DNA of 64,000 bases from Trichosphaerium sp. ATCC 40318 (GCA_038496445.1 JALMLS010000213.1:62001-126000), one strand, 5' to 3'; shown: positions 27,151 through 42,799, numbered from the stretch's first letter. The notes: generated from the letters alone by a model not told the origin. Program-made: numbers and translations.

Positions 27151-28083
27151 ATGTGAACCTGCAACTCCAAAAGCATCAGTACAACGTTCAACACAGTTTA
27201 AATGTGGTGATTTTAGCTTAACACTATCAGTACATTCTCAACGCGTATTCATCATCTCGTTTCGCGTCTAAAGTACATTTCGAATCACTACAAGATAATT
27301 CTGAAAAAAAAACAAGGATACAATACAAGGTAAGTACTTGAAGTACGTACAAAAGAACGGAAGCTTGTTGGAACACTGTATTTGTAGGCGAGGTGGTGGT
27401 GAAAACACCAAAATTATAAGTGCAGCAACAGGCTCAGTTGGATTGGCATAGTACCTAAAACAATATTTGGTTTGCTGTATTGCGCTTACTTTCCTTCACC
27501 AAGCATTTTAAGTATCAAAATCAACTTGGGATAAACGGTGGCGCTGAAGTTGTAGCTGCAGATGCAGTTTTAGGAAAAAAATGGGATCGAGTATCTTTAC
27601 AATAGCAATGTTTCTGATGTACCTTATAGCGGAAGAGATGGGCTAATAGCAAAACAGAAATGGAGCCATTTACACAGGAAAGAGATAGACTGTTCAGCTT
27701 TCCTTTCATGCGGCAAAAGGAAAACTCTTATGTATTTGAAGTATATCGCGACTGGTCATGCGATACATAAAGTACGTACTCACTTAGGTACACCTCGAGT
27801 CGAAACAGCAACGAGTAGCTATAATCCGCTCTTATTAAAGCAAATGTTTACAAAGACGAACACAAGAGTAAAAAGCTGTTTAGCCTATTTAATTATGGGT
27901 TTCTGGAAACAGTAAGGAAAAATGTTTTTATACATTCTTCAGACTTACATGGTACTACACAGACGTTAATTGCTGAATGAGAATGCCATTACTAATTAGA
28001 ATATTGATGATTCTATGTTTGACAAGTTCTTGCCGATCTATCTCACGCCATACGAACGAGATCGAGTGTCAAGGAGGTTCTAA
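27151..28083 (+). pseudogene. Heavily decayed NLS-BTB copy A11 with a well-preserved BTB core
   Basis: The core at ~27195-27303 is close to consensus. Only remnants of later exons survive (caag|CATTTTAAGTAT; GCGGAAGAG; FLPIYLTPYERDRVSRRF*). Confidence 0.75.
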
Positions 28084-28575
28084 CAGTTTTTAATCAACTT
28101 CCTCCGTATACAAATAAATTTAAAGGCAATATAGAGCGTTAACTTGTATTCGCTTTCGTTCTTTTCTGACTAAATATCATAGCGGATTCGTACTTCAAAG
28201 TTACCCTTTGCATCCCCTGTACCTCGAACCTGACAATTTTTCTTAACTCTCCAGATTTGTAGCTAAGGTAAAACATTGTTCCGAGTTTCTTTAACAGTGA
28301 TTCTCCTCGAGAAAACCCGTGATTCAAAAAATACACGTGAACTAAAACTTGAGTGAATCTTTTTCGAAACATCGTTTTACCGAGAGCTCTAAAACGGGCC
28401 ATAAATTAATACTATGCTTGACATTTAATACAAGTACGTTTTTAAACAAATAGGGTACTTTTGGGGAACTAGTGGGTCAGGGCTAATAAAACCCTGGAAG
28501 AATGCAGAAAAGAAAACTCGCAAATATTCATTTAGCAGTGACGACACTAAACGTAACCACAAATCTGGCCAACAA

Positions 28576-30450
28576 ATGAGTCTTAATTGTTTTTGTATCA
28601 TCCTAGCACTCCTTTCTATAGTATGACAATTAGTTTTAAACAACTATCAAGCGAGAAATCGAAAACCCAATTTTTGTGTTTTTCCTCTTTTCAACACGTG
28701 CCTTTCGCAAACGCTAACTTTTTCAACTACAAGGTGTCTGGTTTAAACACTCGCCTTCCAGGAAGGATAGAAGCGGAGGCATTCACGGGAAAATTTGACA
28801 AAAGCCCAGAAAACCTCGGTACGTCATATGAACTCCATCCGTGACTGTTGGCTGATGATGCTTAGGCGTTCGCTGCGGTGTCGCTCAAACGAGTCCAAGA
28901 GTTGACTTGGTACAAACAAATGATCCAGCTGGAGGTAATTGCCATGTGGCTTTCATACAACCAGGAGAGTTCCTCGTATACAGCACACCGATATTCGCCA
29001 GAACTGCTGACTACCAAATAAGATTTCGTGTCTCCGCAAGAAATACAGTTGCTAACACTATCCGTGTAAAAATTGGATCTGTAACAAAGAACTTTGTTTG
29101 GCGTGGTACAGGAAGTACGTTACTATTGAAATGACATAAAAATACATTCATAACTCTTTGTTTAAGATGGAAATGAATGGACGAACCTTTACGTAAATTT
29201 TGGGCGTATTACACAGGGTCCAAAACCTATTACTATTACCTTCGTTACCGGTCGATTAAACTTTAATTTCTTTACTCTTCGAGCTGAAGGAAACTATAAT
29301 ATTGAAGTTGGTTTTAACGGTGTAAGAAACGCACTTCGCACTAGATTGGTATGAACACAACATTGGGTTTTCTTATTTTTTTTGTACTTTTATTCTAAAA
29401 CACCCTTCTAGTTGAATCAAGTCGAAACTGCTGCTAGATTCTGGGAATCAGTTATCACAGCTGATGACCAAATGGTGTTTCGGTGTTTACAATCGAGCTG
29501 TTGGTTAGTAGCTATAACAAAAGTCTTAGCATTTAGTTACTTATTTTTTAATTATAGACGACCTTTACATTGACGTCACTTTTCCTGCCATTGGTAAGTC
29601 ATTACTTGTAGATGTCAAGTTTGTGTATCAATGCTTATGTTATTTAGATGGTCCAGGAAATGTACTTGGAAGTGCTGGCCCTAGAGAAATTAGAAGATCA
29701 TCCAATCTACCTGTACACCTTATCAATTTTCACTACCATACTTATTGTCATAGCTTTCTGGTTTAATAAGATTCGATATTGCAGACGCAAGTCGTCTACT
29801 AACTAATGGTCAATTTGATGAAGTAGTTAGACACGAAATGGGACATGTTCTGTAAGTTGTTTTGGTTTGTGCCTGCCATTACTCATGTTTTGTTGTAGTG
29901 GTCTTGGTCCTCTTTGGAAGTCCATACCCGGAATCATTAGAAATCCTACTTCTAGCAATCCCAGATACACAAGGCCATTTGCAACTTTAGCATTCAACAC
30001 TAGATTTCAAAACACCCTGAATTCTGTGCCTTTGGCAAATACTGGAGGTGAAGGAAGTAGACTGAGGTACAAATAATACCAACAATTTGATATCTTTGCA
30101 TTTTCTTACAGTCACGTGTATAGTCATTGGCGTGAATCTAAATTTGTAAACGAATTGATGACTCCTTTTTTGAACGCTGGTGTAGCCAATCCTGTATCTA
30201 GAATGTCCGTACAAGCACTAAGAGATCTTGGGTACAAGAAAAGCAAAACTGAAATAGAGTTTGTAAAATGCTAAAGCCATTTAGGTATTCAATAGATCTT
30301 ACCAAAGCTGAACCTTATCCTCGTCCTTCCAAAAAACGTGATGTTGAATCTCATGCTGATGACTTTGAATGTAGATTCTCTGCACCTGAAATGTACGTGT
30401 TACATCCTTCACTCAGCTCTTATATTCTTTTTAGGATTGTACTTCCATGA
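28576..30450 (+). CDS. Secreted CBM6-like domain + leishmanolysin-like (M8-type) zinc metalloprotease
   Basis: Signal peptide MSLNCFCIILALLSI|VSG; CBM6-like LPGRIEAE...GEFLVY...GRLNFNFF; protease motifs IDGPGNVLGSAGP, HEMGHVLG, SHWRESKFVNELMTPF, SVQALRDLGY. Confidence 0.8.
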
Positions 30451-30675
30451 GCTTTATTTCGAGAGGTAAATTTTTTGAACAGCAAACTAAGAAAAATAAT
30501 TTCTAAATAAACAATTCGACAAAGCACGTTTGGTAGTTTTTCAATTACTTAAAGAGTTTTACTTTATTGGATAAGAGTTATTACCTGCGTTTTAACAAAC
30601 TTTTCAGTTCTTTCGAAAATTAGAAAAACCCGTGAGTGAAACAAGTTCTGAAAATATGAAAAAAAATAAATAACT

Positions 30676-31128
30676 TTATTCTGCGCGTGGTGATTGTGCT
30701 TCTGCTGCACCATTTAACATTGTTGTTTTTAAAGCAGAATAGCTTGCTATCCACGCATAAGCTAAATCATTATTCCAAGCATCTCCAGATAACTTTGTAA
30801 GTGTATAAACAAGAGCTGAACCCACGTGATCATATTGTTCTGGTTTGAATACTCCATAGCGTACATGACGCTCACCAAGCTTAGTAATAGCCCTTTTAAC
30901 TTTATTGAAATCATCCAATGACCGAATAACTGTTTTAATAATTTTAGCGAGTTTTTTCCCTTGCTCAACAATATCTGTTACTTTTGAAAAGATTGTTTCC
31001 TTGTATATTGGATGCTCTTCAAATAAGCGACCATAGAACGTGTTTGCAAATCTTGCGAACGGATAGGGATTCTCTGGTGTTTTCTTCATAATAAGTTCCC
31101 AGTTTTCGCGTACGAGTTGTGCTGTCAT
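30676..31128 (-). CDS. Single-domain 3/3 globin (flavohaemoglobin/Vitreoscilla-like)
   Basis: Intronless 150 aa. FYGRLFEEHP (B10 Tyr), Q at E7 (EQGKKL), proximal His in LGERHVRYGV, then YDHVGSALVYTL and AWIASY. Confidence 0.9.
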   Translation of the reverse strand: MTAQLVRENWELIMKKTPENPYPFARFANTFYGRLFEEHPIYKETIFSKVTDIVEQGKKLAKIIKTVIRSLDDFNKVKRAITKLGERHVRYGVFKPEQYDHVGSALVYTLTKLSGDAWNNDLAYAWIASYSALKTTMLNGAAEAQSPRAE

Positions 31129-31570
31129 GTGTTGCGTTGTTGGTTTGTAAATTCTGCTTTTTTAAAACAAAATGACTATAGTTATTCCGAGGATTTGCTA
31201 GTCAAAATCCAACAAAGAAAAATCCTATCCTAGACTTCCCAACAACAGCCTGTTTCTACCCTTTTCTTAATCTTCGCTAAACTTTTGAAGTCGATGTAAA
31301 GAAAAAACGTTTCGAATAATACCCCACGTGATATTTTCGAAATATCTGAAACGAATCGGCATTTTCTGTGACGCGCTCAAAAAAGACAATAGACAACGAC
31401 TACGAGTGGTGGGTTGATTAAGTATTATTACAACTACAAAGCAAAGGTAGTAACCGTCTTTTTTTCGACTTCATGCGGCTACACGCGTAGACAAAAAAAA
31501 TGTCGTTCTACTGCTGGTACTATCAAAAACCCGTACAAAATCCCAAGGCAAAAAAATGGCTTTCTCGCTT

Positions 31571-34500
31571 TTATGCCAAGTAATTGTACGTTTTTGGGTC
31601 TTCAGGGTGTCTCTCGAGGTAATCACGCTCAATTAAGCTCTCAATACGCTTTTTGATAGTGAGCGCCTTTAGTCAAAGTCAGTTTCAATAAAATTAGGCG
31701 GTGAAAGATTAAAACAACGAAAAAATTGCTTGTGGCGAGCTGTGACGTACGTCAACAGGAAAGCGAAGCTGTTTCATAGTCTCAGAGAACAGCATATTAT
31801 GTTTTAATGTTTTTCTCGTTTTCATGATACGAACTAATGCAGCATCAATCTGGTATTGCCTGGCGTAAACAGTAAGTACATGTCTTTTAGTAATGGCACT
31901 ATAAAGCCAAAAAGATAGCGTCACAAGAGAACAAGGTTCTAATCAAAATAAAAAATACTTTGTTTGACTTTTTTTGTAAAGTGTGATATTTTTTTCTTAC
32001 CTATCTTGTTGGATGCTCTTTTTGACTTTTTCTTTTTCAACCTTCGTCTCCTGCATTTGGATCATATTGAATTTAATACGGTACATTTTATGTGTAAACT
32101 CATTTCTGAAGCGGAACTTATCAGTAGGCACAATGATAGCATTGTGTGGTTCTTTTGCTAGAATCTTATTCTTTCCGAGAGCCAAAGACTTGAGCGTACG
32201 GTTTAACTCATCATCATCTACGCGTATGAGCACAAGAAGCCAAAAACGTATAAAAACACGCACCAACGCCCGTAGCAGTCTTAATCTCGGCCTGTGTAAG
32301 TACTTGAACACCCTCAAAGAGCAATAAAACAACTGCTTGAATCAAGGACAATGAAAGGTCCTTCCTGCGTCCTTTATCGAATAGTGCTTTGATAGTACAC
32401 TGACCCAGGTAGTTTTGCCAATTCAAACGACGACCAGCGAATTTGTTTAAATAAAATACTTTATAACACTCTTGGACTAGCGTCAACTTAAAGAAACGGT
32501 TAATAAAACAACTTGTAGAGTGATCACTAAACTGCTTACCTCATTTGGAAGATTAACTTCGATTACAGGGTAGTTTGGCCAATTACCGCTTGTAAGTACA
32601 TTTACATTCAAATCAATAGGAGATGCTAATTTTTGGGCATCATCAGACTAAATTAAAATGTAAGCATACAACAGCTACGCGTATCATTACTCACTTCTTT
32701 AAATGCAACCATTACAGTTTTTGAGGTCTCCATATCTTTAAACATACCCTCAAGCTTTGTAGTAAACGATGAACCGCACTCTACAATAAAAAATTAATAC
32801 GAAGTCCAAACGGTTGAAAGAAAAAAACAAAACTCAAATCGTACCAATCTTCAGCTTAGAAATCATTGACTTTTCAGCATCAATAGAAGAACTCCTACCA
32901 AGCAACAAACGCTTTGCAAGATCCTTTTTATAAAACGCTTCAAACACATCTTTACCATTAATGAAACGGAAAATAGCCAAAACCTGTTAATAAAATTAGC
33001 ATTCCACAACGTTATGTCAGCCACAGAAAACTTACACTATCTAAAAGTTCCTCTACTGCATCATCTGATCCAGCTTTGCTTCCTGAGCGTAACTTACCAT
33101 CAGCATACTTAGCGATGAGCTCTGCTGTTTCAACAGGTTGTAGATTAATAAAATACTCAAATGCTTCCTTAAGAGCATATGCAAAGTCATCATTACGGTG
33201 GTATGCACGACGTAAGATAGTGTCTAGTTTCTTTTTGTATTTAAGTAATTCTTCGACAAGTGTCTTTTGCTTGCCAACATCTTTAACGATTTTACTACCA
33301 CGCTCCTAAAGAAATAGTTAAAATAAATCAACTTGACTTAATAGCTTACCTTAATATACGAGTTCCATTTAGCACGCATTGGTTCTAAGGCGGAAACACG
33401 ATTAAATAGACCATACATAAGAGCAAGATCAGCTTTTTTATCCTCGTCTACAAGTTCATCGAAACCTTGGGGCTGTTAGTTCTGTATCAAAAAATCAGTT
33501 AATACCATTATTTAAGAGAGTATCGACATGTTCACTGAGTAAATGCTTTTCTAGTATGGCAACAAGTGGTTTTCGTGTAGAGTTATCTAAATAGTGTACA
33601 ACACGCTCCATTTCTTGGTCTAGGCGCTTTGCGACATGTTTGAGATACGCAGCGACCTGTAAAAGACAGTAAGAAAATAATTTAAAAAAAGAGCCGAAAA
33701 ATACTCCGAAAACGTACCGAAAAGTCTTGCAGACGTTGTGATGATTCTTGTATGTAGAATTCTGTTGTAGCGCGCAAGAACTTGTCTTCAAAAATATTGG
33801 CGTACATAGAGAGGGAACTGAACATGCGCACAAGATTTTTAAGCAAGTTACGATCAATATCTTCATCTAAAAACAAATACAATAAGCTTTTTCTAGTGCG
33901 TAAACAGTTGTCATCTACGCACCTTTTCTCTCCCTCTCTATAATTTGCATGACACCGTCAATAGTCTTATCCTTTATATCTTGGGCACCAGCAACATGTT
34001 TATGAAACAAATGTAATCCCAAATCCAGAATAGCCTTGACTTGTGGGTTTTGGAGCGCATACTTTCTGTCTAAATGTAAAAATATTTGTCTGACCTAATG
34101 TAAAACGTCAAATCTCGTGCAAAATTGTTTTTTTTTGAAGAGCGGAAAAAATACGAATACGTCTTTTACTTCCGCGATACGGCCTAAAGATAACCCGAGC
34201 GTAAGAGACAACGTACCATTTGCATTTGTTCGCAGTGGTTGTTCCACGTGGTGTTCATTACTGAGAGAAAGCCAATAGCATCTGTTTCAGCGAGTTGAGT
34301 TCGCTGTTTTATTGTTAGTTTGATTATAGTGAGTTGAGGGTCTTGGATTTAAAAAATAATTCTTTAACACTACAAACGCGCTATAACGCGATGAAACGTA
34401 CCATTGATACCAACAATCCAGTTATATGCTCTTCGAGTTGAAGACGAAGTTTGTTGTACAAGTTTTCAGCCATTTTGTGATCACACATGGTCTTTACGGC

Positions 34501-35051
34501 CTGGTATAGCTGTTCTTCGCCGACGTTGAAGGCTTTTTTTTGATGTACCGCCTACAGAGTGGAATTCGTTAAAATACGCTTACAGGCGCTACCAACTGGC
34601 TGCCAAACGTCTAAATACCTCGATAGCGAGCTTCAATTCTGTCCATTTCTGCTCGGCAAAGTTTGCTGGCAGTTTAGGCGCTGTACGGCATGAAACGTCA
34701 GTGAAAGCTTCGAAAAAATCCAATATGTAATAAAACAAAGTGGGAGAAACTGGCGCAATGCTTTACAAGCCAAAATAACAAAAAATTTGATACAGCAGCA
34801 CTGTTAATACCTTTTTTGAAGCTCTTGATCGTTAGCTTTTTCACAGGGCCCTTACGCTTTGCTCCTGGCTTCACCGACAGTCGAATCTTGGAGCTGTTGA
34901 TAGTCTTCATGATTTTGGCTGGTCTTCCTTCGGTTAAGCCTGATGAGGTGCGCTTGCGTTTATTTGTCTCTGGTTGATGTAAACCAGTTCTCCTCCTCTT
35001 AGATTCAATATTCTCACCTTCAAACTTGCGCTTATTCGAGGAGCTCAGCAT
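31571..35051 (-). CDS. CUL4: Cullin-4
   Basis: CUL4-type N-terminus [33 protein letters not shown]; [22 protein letters not shown]; neddylation region [22 protein letters not shown]; ends YNYLA*. Confidence 0.92.
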
Positions 35052-35308
35052 TTCATGGTGGAGAAACGAAATTAAAGTTCGTGTTCGACCTTGCTTAAAG
35101 CCAGTAAGTCTTTTAATTTATTAAACTATTGCAACGCGTAAACCAGGAGCTTATCTTTGGCGGTACACCACCACACGTAAAATTACTCTTTGCACATTTT
35201 TTGTTTTGCAAAAAGAAGCCATCAAAACCATCTTAGAAAAGTATATGTACAAAGAAACAAGTGCTCCGTGAATTAAAAAATACATTTGAGGACATTTAGC
35301 CATTTTGT

Positions 35309-36122
35309 TTACACAGCGAATTTTTTTGTCCAATCTCTCGCTATTTTTTCGAATTCTGTAGGATCTTCGCGTAACAGAACAGCTGCTTCTTCATTTAAAG
35401 GGTTTTCTACAAAAAAAAAACATGACATGTCAACAAATGATTACTTGGTGCAATTTGATTGCAACTGTACCTATAACGGGATCACGTAGTAATTGTACAA
35501 GAGTTTGAAATGCTGAGTAAGCAATAAGTTATTTAGAGACGAATAATTGAAGGAGTTTGATCGTACCTTGAGACATTGTTATACCTGGTTTCCTAAAGGG
35601 TTTTTAGTTTGGGTATAATAGTAATAACTTGTACCATTCGCCCCATAAGGCTTTAGGACATACTTCGCCACTAGGATCACTAACATTGGGATGGTAAAGA
35701 CGCGTACGAAATCGTAACTAGTCATCATAAGATTTTTTTGACACTTACATTTTTGTTTCGCGTCTATTTGTTATGAGGACGTACCGTGGGTGCGGAGAAA
35801 GGGTAATCTAGATGATTGAGTCACAATTTATTTTTTACAAGGTAATAAAGCGTACCAGCGGGAAACTCTACGTCCAATTGAAACAAACCACCATTGTAGA
35901 AGCTATCAACCTATTCAATAATTTTTTTAACAACTACTAACGTTAAAAATTACGTACTGGCCCAATAACGGTTGCAACCCATGCGAATATGTTTGATTCG
36001 TCTTGTAAAGTAGCGCTTACATTATCTGCTGGTGTTGTTTGTAGCGTTATTAATTCCTATGGCGTTAGTAACGCCAGTACATATTATTGATGTCAGCGCA
36101 CTTTTTGTATCCTTCTGGCCAT
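35309..36122 (-). CDS. Ubiquitin-conjugating enzyme E2 (~150 aa)
   Basis: MARRIQKEL..., W.ATVIGP.DSFYNGGLF, FPADYPFSAP, YHPNV..SGEVC (catalytic Cys), ends ARDWTKKFAV*. Confidence 0.9.
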
Positions 36123-36327
36123 GTGTAAAATAGGTGGCAGGGAATCTAGCCAATTCAAAAAGTCAACCAGATTCTGAAAAAAAGTTGTGGAGCACATTTA
36201 GTGAATTTCGAAGTACGGTGCAACAAGGCGTCCCAAAACACTTCTCGTTTACTTGCGGATAAACAAAAAGGCGTAAATCAAAATTTTGAACGAATTAGGA
36301 AAGCAAATAGAACATAATCACTAAAAC

Positions 36328-37790
36328 ATGTTGAAAGTGGAAGCAACTGGCGAAGCTCAAAAATTGAAGAGACAGACAACGAATTCGTCAACTAAAGACA
36401 ATGAACAAGAGAATTACTTGCGCAAACCGGTTTATAAATCTCTGGTACTCAACCTTTTATCACAAGTGCGCGTTGGCATGGATTTGACAAAAGTTACACT
36501 TCCCACTTTTATTTTGGAGCCACGATCGTTCCTTGAGAAGATTACAGATCAATTCTCACACCCTGAGCTATTAGTAAAGTACGTAACGGGTGGAAGTTCG
36601 CTAAACTAATAAAGAATAGAATACCAACCATTAATGATCCAATTGAACGCATGATTAAAGTCGCACAGTGGTATCTAAGCGGATTTTATATAAAACCAGT
36701 ACGAACAATTCATTAAATCGTTCCCGAGTTGGTTGAACTCACCATAAACTTAGCAAGGCGTAAAGAAACCATATAACCCGATTCTCGGCGAAACTTTTCA
36801 TTGTACTTGGGAACACGATGACTCTACGACTTTATACTACAGCGAACAAGTCGTACATCAACCTCCTTGTTCTGCTTTTTATGCCTGTAATGAAAAACAT
36901 GGTATTGTAGCTTCAGGAGAGGTTCAACCAAGAAGCAAGTTTTTAGGAAACTCAGTTGCTTCTTTGCTCCATGGGAATGCTACTCTTTGTTTGAAGAGTA
37001 TCGGGGAGACATATCAGATATCTTTCCCAGATGCTTATGCAAGAGGAATAATCTTTGGCGCCCTTCGTAAGTTTGGATAAATGTATTTTTTTTTACCGAG
37101 ATCGGACTTTTTTTATCGAGTTTCTCCATATGGTAATTCGTCAAGTAATTGTTTTTTGTAGGCATGGAATTATGTGGTCAGGTTACTATATTGTGTATTG
37201 AAACTGGTATATCGACTACTATAAACTTTTTGGCCAAGGTACGTCGTACATGTTCACAGTGTTGCTGTTGTTTTAGCCTTTTTTATTGATCTAAATTTTT
37301 ATTTTAGCCTTGGTTTGGTGGTTCGTACAATGGAATAGTTGGCCGTATTGTGAATAAAAAAGGATCTGTATTATATACTATTGATGGTAAATGGGATGGC
37401 GCAATATTTATGCGAAACCTATCCACAAAGGTACGTCATAGCGATGAAAGAATACAAAACCTTCAAAGACGATTTTTATTACATTCTAAATCATTTTCTT
37501 AGGAACGTACCGAGCTATGGAGACCTCCAGTGGGTGGTATAGTACATAATAAAATAATAAAACCAATGGAAGAGCAAGGAGAGTTCGAATCAAGGAGGTT
37601 ATGGCAGCATGTGTCTGATGCAATTGAACAAGACGATCAAGATTTAGCAAGTGTGGAGAAAACAAAGTTAGAAGAAGCACAACGTCTGGAAGCAAAAACA
37701 CATCTAGAAAAAGGAACTGCACATACACCTTTATTATTTAAACAAGTAGATGGCCTTTGGCAAACAATGCGCCCAGAAAAAGCTGAGTAA
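36328..37790 (+). CDS. Short oxysterol-binding protein-related lipid transfer protein (LPTFILE class)
   Basis: [67 protein letters not shown]. Confidence 0.9.
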
Positions 37791-38245
37791 TAAGTTTAAA
37801 AGCTGATTTTCTAGGCTTGTGGCAAATTTTTACTATGAAATAATGTACAATAAAAATTAAGTTATAATAACCAAACATACTCCAAACTATTCGTCTTTCA
37901 TATGTTACATTATGTCGAGTGACTTATTGATCAATGCATCCAAAGTAGTCAGCAATTCGACTGTTTTACATGTACTGACTATCCACAGGTCTGAGCCACA
38001 AAAAAAAGACAAACGAGGAAATTGATGCACATAAACGAAAGGCTAGACTAAGACAACGAGAAACGACGTGAGATTACATATCAAGAGTGAATTTTTTGAC
38101 CTTACTAGTTGTCGTACAAGAATATTCACTGTGAAGCCGTTCATAGTATGACATATACGTGCGGTAGTATTCTACAATTTTTTTACTGGCATAACTAGTT
38201 TACACGTTGATTTTTATTTTTTTTTGTTTTGTTTGCAACGCCTCC

Positions 38246-41178
<2,933 letters not shown>

Positions 41179-41319
41179 ACTGTACAACCGATTAATGCAT
41201 TACTTGGTAAAGAACAAGCGTTGAAGGTTCCAATTGTCTGAAAGTCAATTACTGTCAATGTGTACCAGCTTTTTTGACCCTGGTCCTTTCGCTGTAGCTT
41301 TAATAAAGTAGCGGTTGAG

Positions 41320-42799
41320 ATGACTGAACCTCAACCAAAGAAACGAAAATTGAATCCAACAAAGGAAACTACTGAAAAAACAGAAAAACTAGAAGCGGTA
41401 CCCGGAGTACAGTTTAAATGCGGCGATTTTAGCTTCACGGTATCAGAAGAGCTTCTCAACCAGTACTCATCTTCGCTTTTCACGTCTAAAGTGCATTTTG
41501 AATCACTACAAGATAATTCATCAAACATAACGCTGCTAGAAGAATGTAGGTACGTACCTATTATTATTATAGTGCGAAAATGTATACACTCACTCCAAAA
41601 ACAGCCAGTCAAAGTATCTTCCGACAATCTTACGTATCATGAAAAAAGAATTCGTAGAGAGTATTGAAGATCCTGTTAGTTTATGGTTTGCGGCAGAATA
41701 TTATGGTGTACCCATTGTTTGGGCAGCTATAAATATGGCATTTGGTACTTAGTCACATGCGTTGTTTTGATTCAACTAACGACAGAAAGAACCTAAGTTG
41801 AAAATTGTGACAGTTACAAGTATTTTCGAAATACTGCAAGAACTTTGGCATACCTTACAATGTGAACTTGTAGAACAAGTATGGTATTTTTAATACAGAC
41901 AAATAATCTTATTTGCAAACAGGCTGATGCTGGCCTTACATGTTACAATATATGTGGCGCAAAGAGAAATGCAAATGGACCAACTTATTTTTTACGAACA
42001 AGCTTGGGTAGAATGGCAATGGAAAAGTACTTTAATCATTGCAACTTGGTACTACATAGTACATAGCACAAATAAAACTAATTGCTGTTGATAAGCACTA
42101 TAAATATACAAAAGATGAAGACGATAAAGATCACGTGACAATTTTATGGACAGACAACGAAATTGATCCAGATATACTTTTGAACAGATCTCTTGACGCT
42201 ATTTCAGGTGATTTCTGGAAGTTTGCAAACTTGAGTACGTTCTCTTGTTATTAATACAGTTTCTTACATAATTTGTAGCTGAAGAGTTGTGGGCCAAATC
42301 GCAATACAAGCAATGGAACAAGTTGTACTGTGCTAGGAACCAGATACTCCAGTCTTATATCGCACAGGCAAAAATAGGAGGAGAAACATTTGTTGTCATA
42401 TGTTATTCAATTGACGAAGGCCCTGAAGAAGGACTACCACCTATACAATATGATCACAACCTAGAAACTGAGTATGACAATATTGTGCACCAATTATTGA
42501 TTTTCGTAACTGTTGTTTAGCCCTAATGATGCATGTTGTCTTAAAGCGTTAATATCCGATAAATGTATGCGTGGTAAGCTTGTACAGCTATTGAGTATAA
42601 TGTTGAAAGCAGTGCGTTGTAGTTTTTTTTTGTCACAGCTATACTTATTGTGTTTCAGGTCTTCCTTGAAGAAAAGATTTATGATACTGCAGCGCTCACA
42701 CTAACATTCTCAATACCGAAAGTAACAGAAGATTTGCTTGATACTTATTTACCAATATATCTAACACCATACAAAGGAGGTCAACCTCCAAAACAATAA
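41320..42799 (+). CDS. NLS-BTB family copy A12 (dispersed, intact)
   Basis: Same 8-exon structure, from MTEPQPKKRKLNP to YLPIYLTPYKGGQPPKQ*. Head-to-head with CPSF3. Confidence 0.85.

Noticed and set aside
1-28083. Array interpreted as a transposon family or CRISPR-like repeat
   Set aside because: The repeats are intron-containing protein genes. I saw no transposase or RT motifs, terminal repeats, or regular repeat-spacer period.
37905-38150. Two possible hairpins between OSBP and CPSF3 (snoRNA-like)
   Set aside because: The stems are short and I could not place convincing H/ACA or C/D boxes. An Infernal search would be needed.
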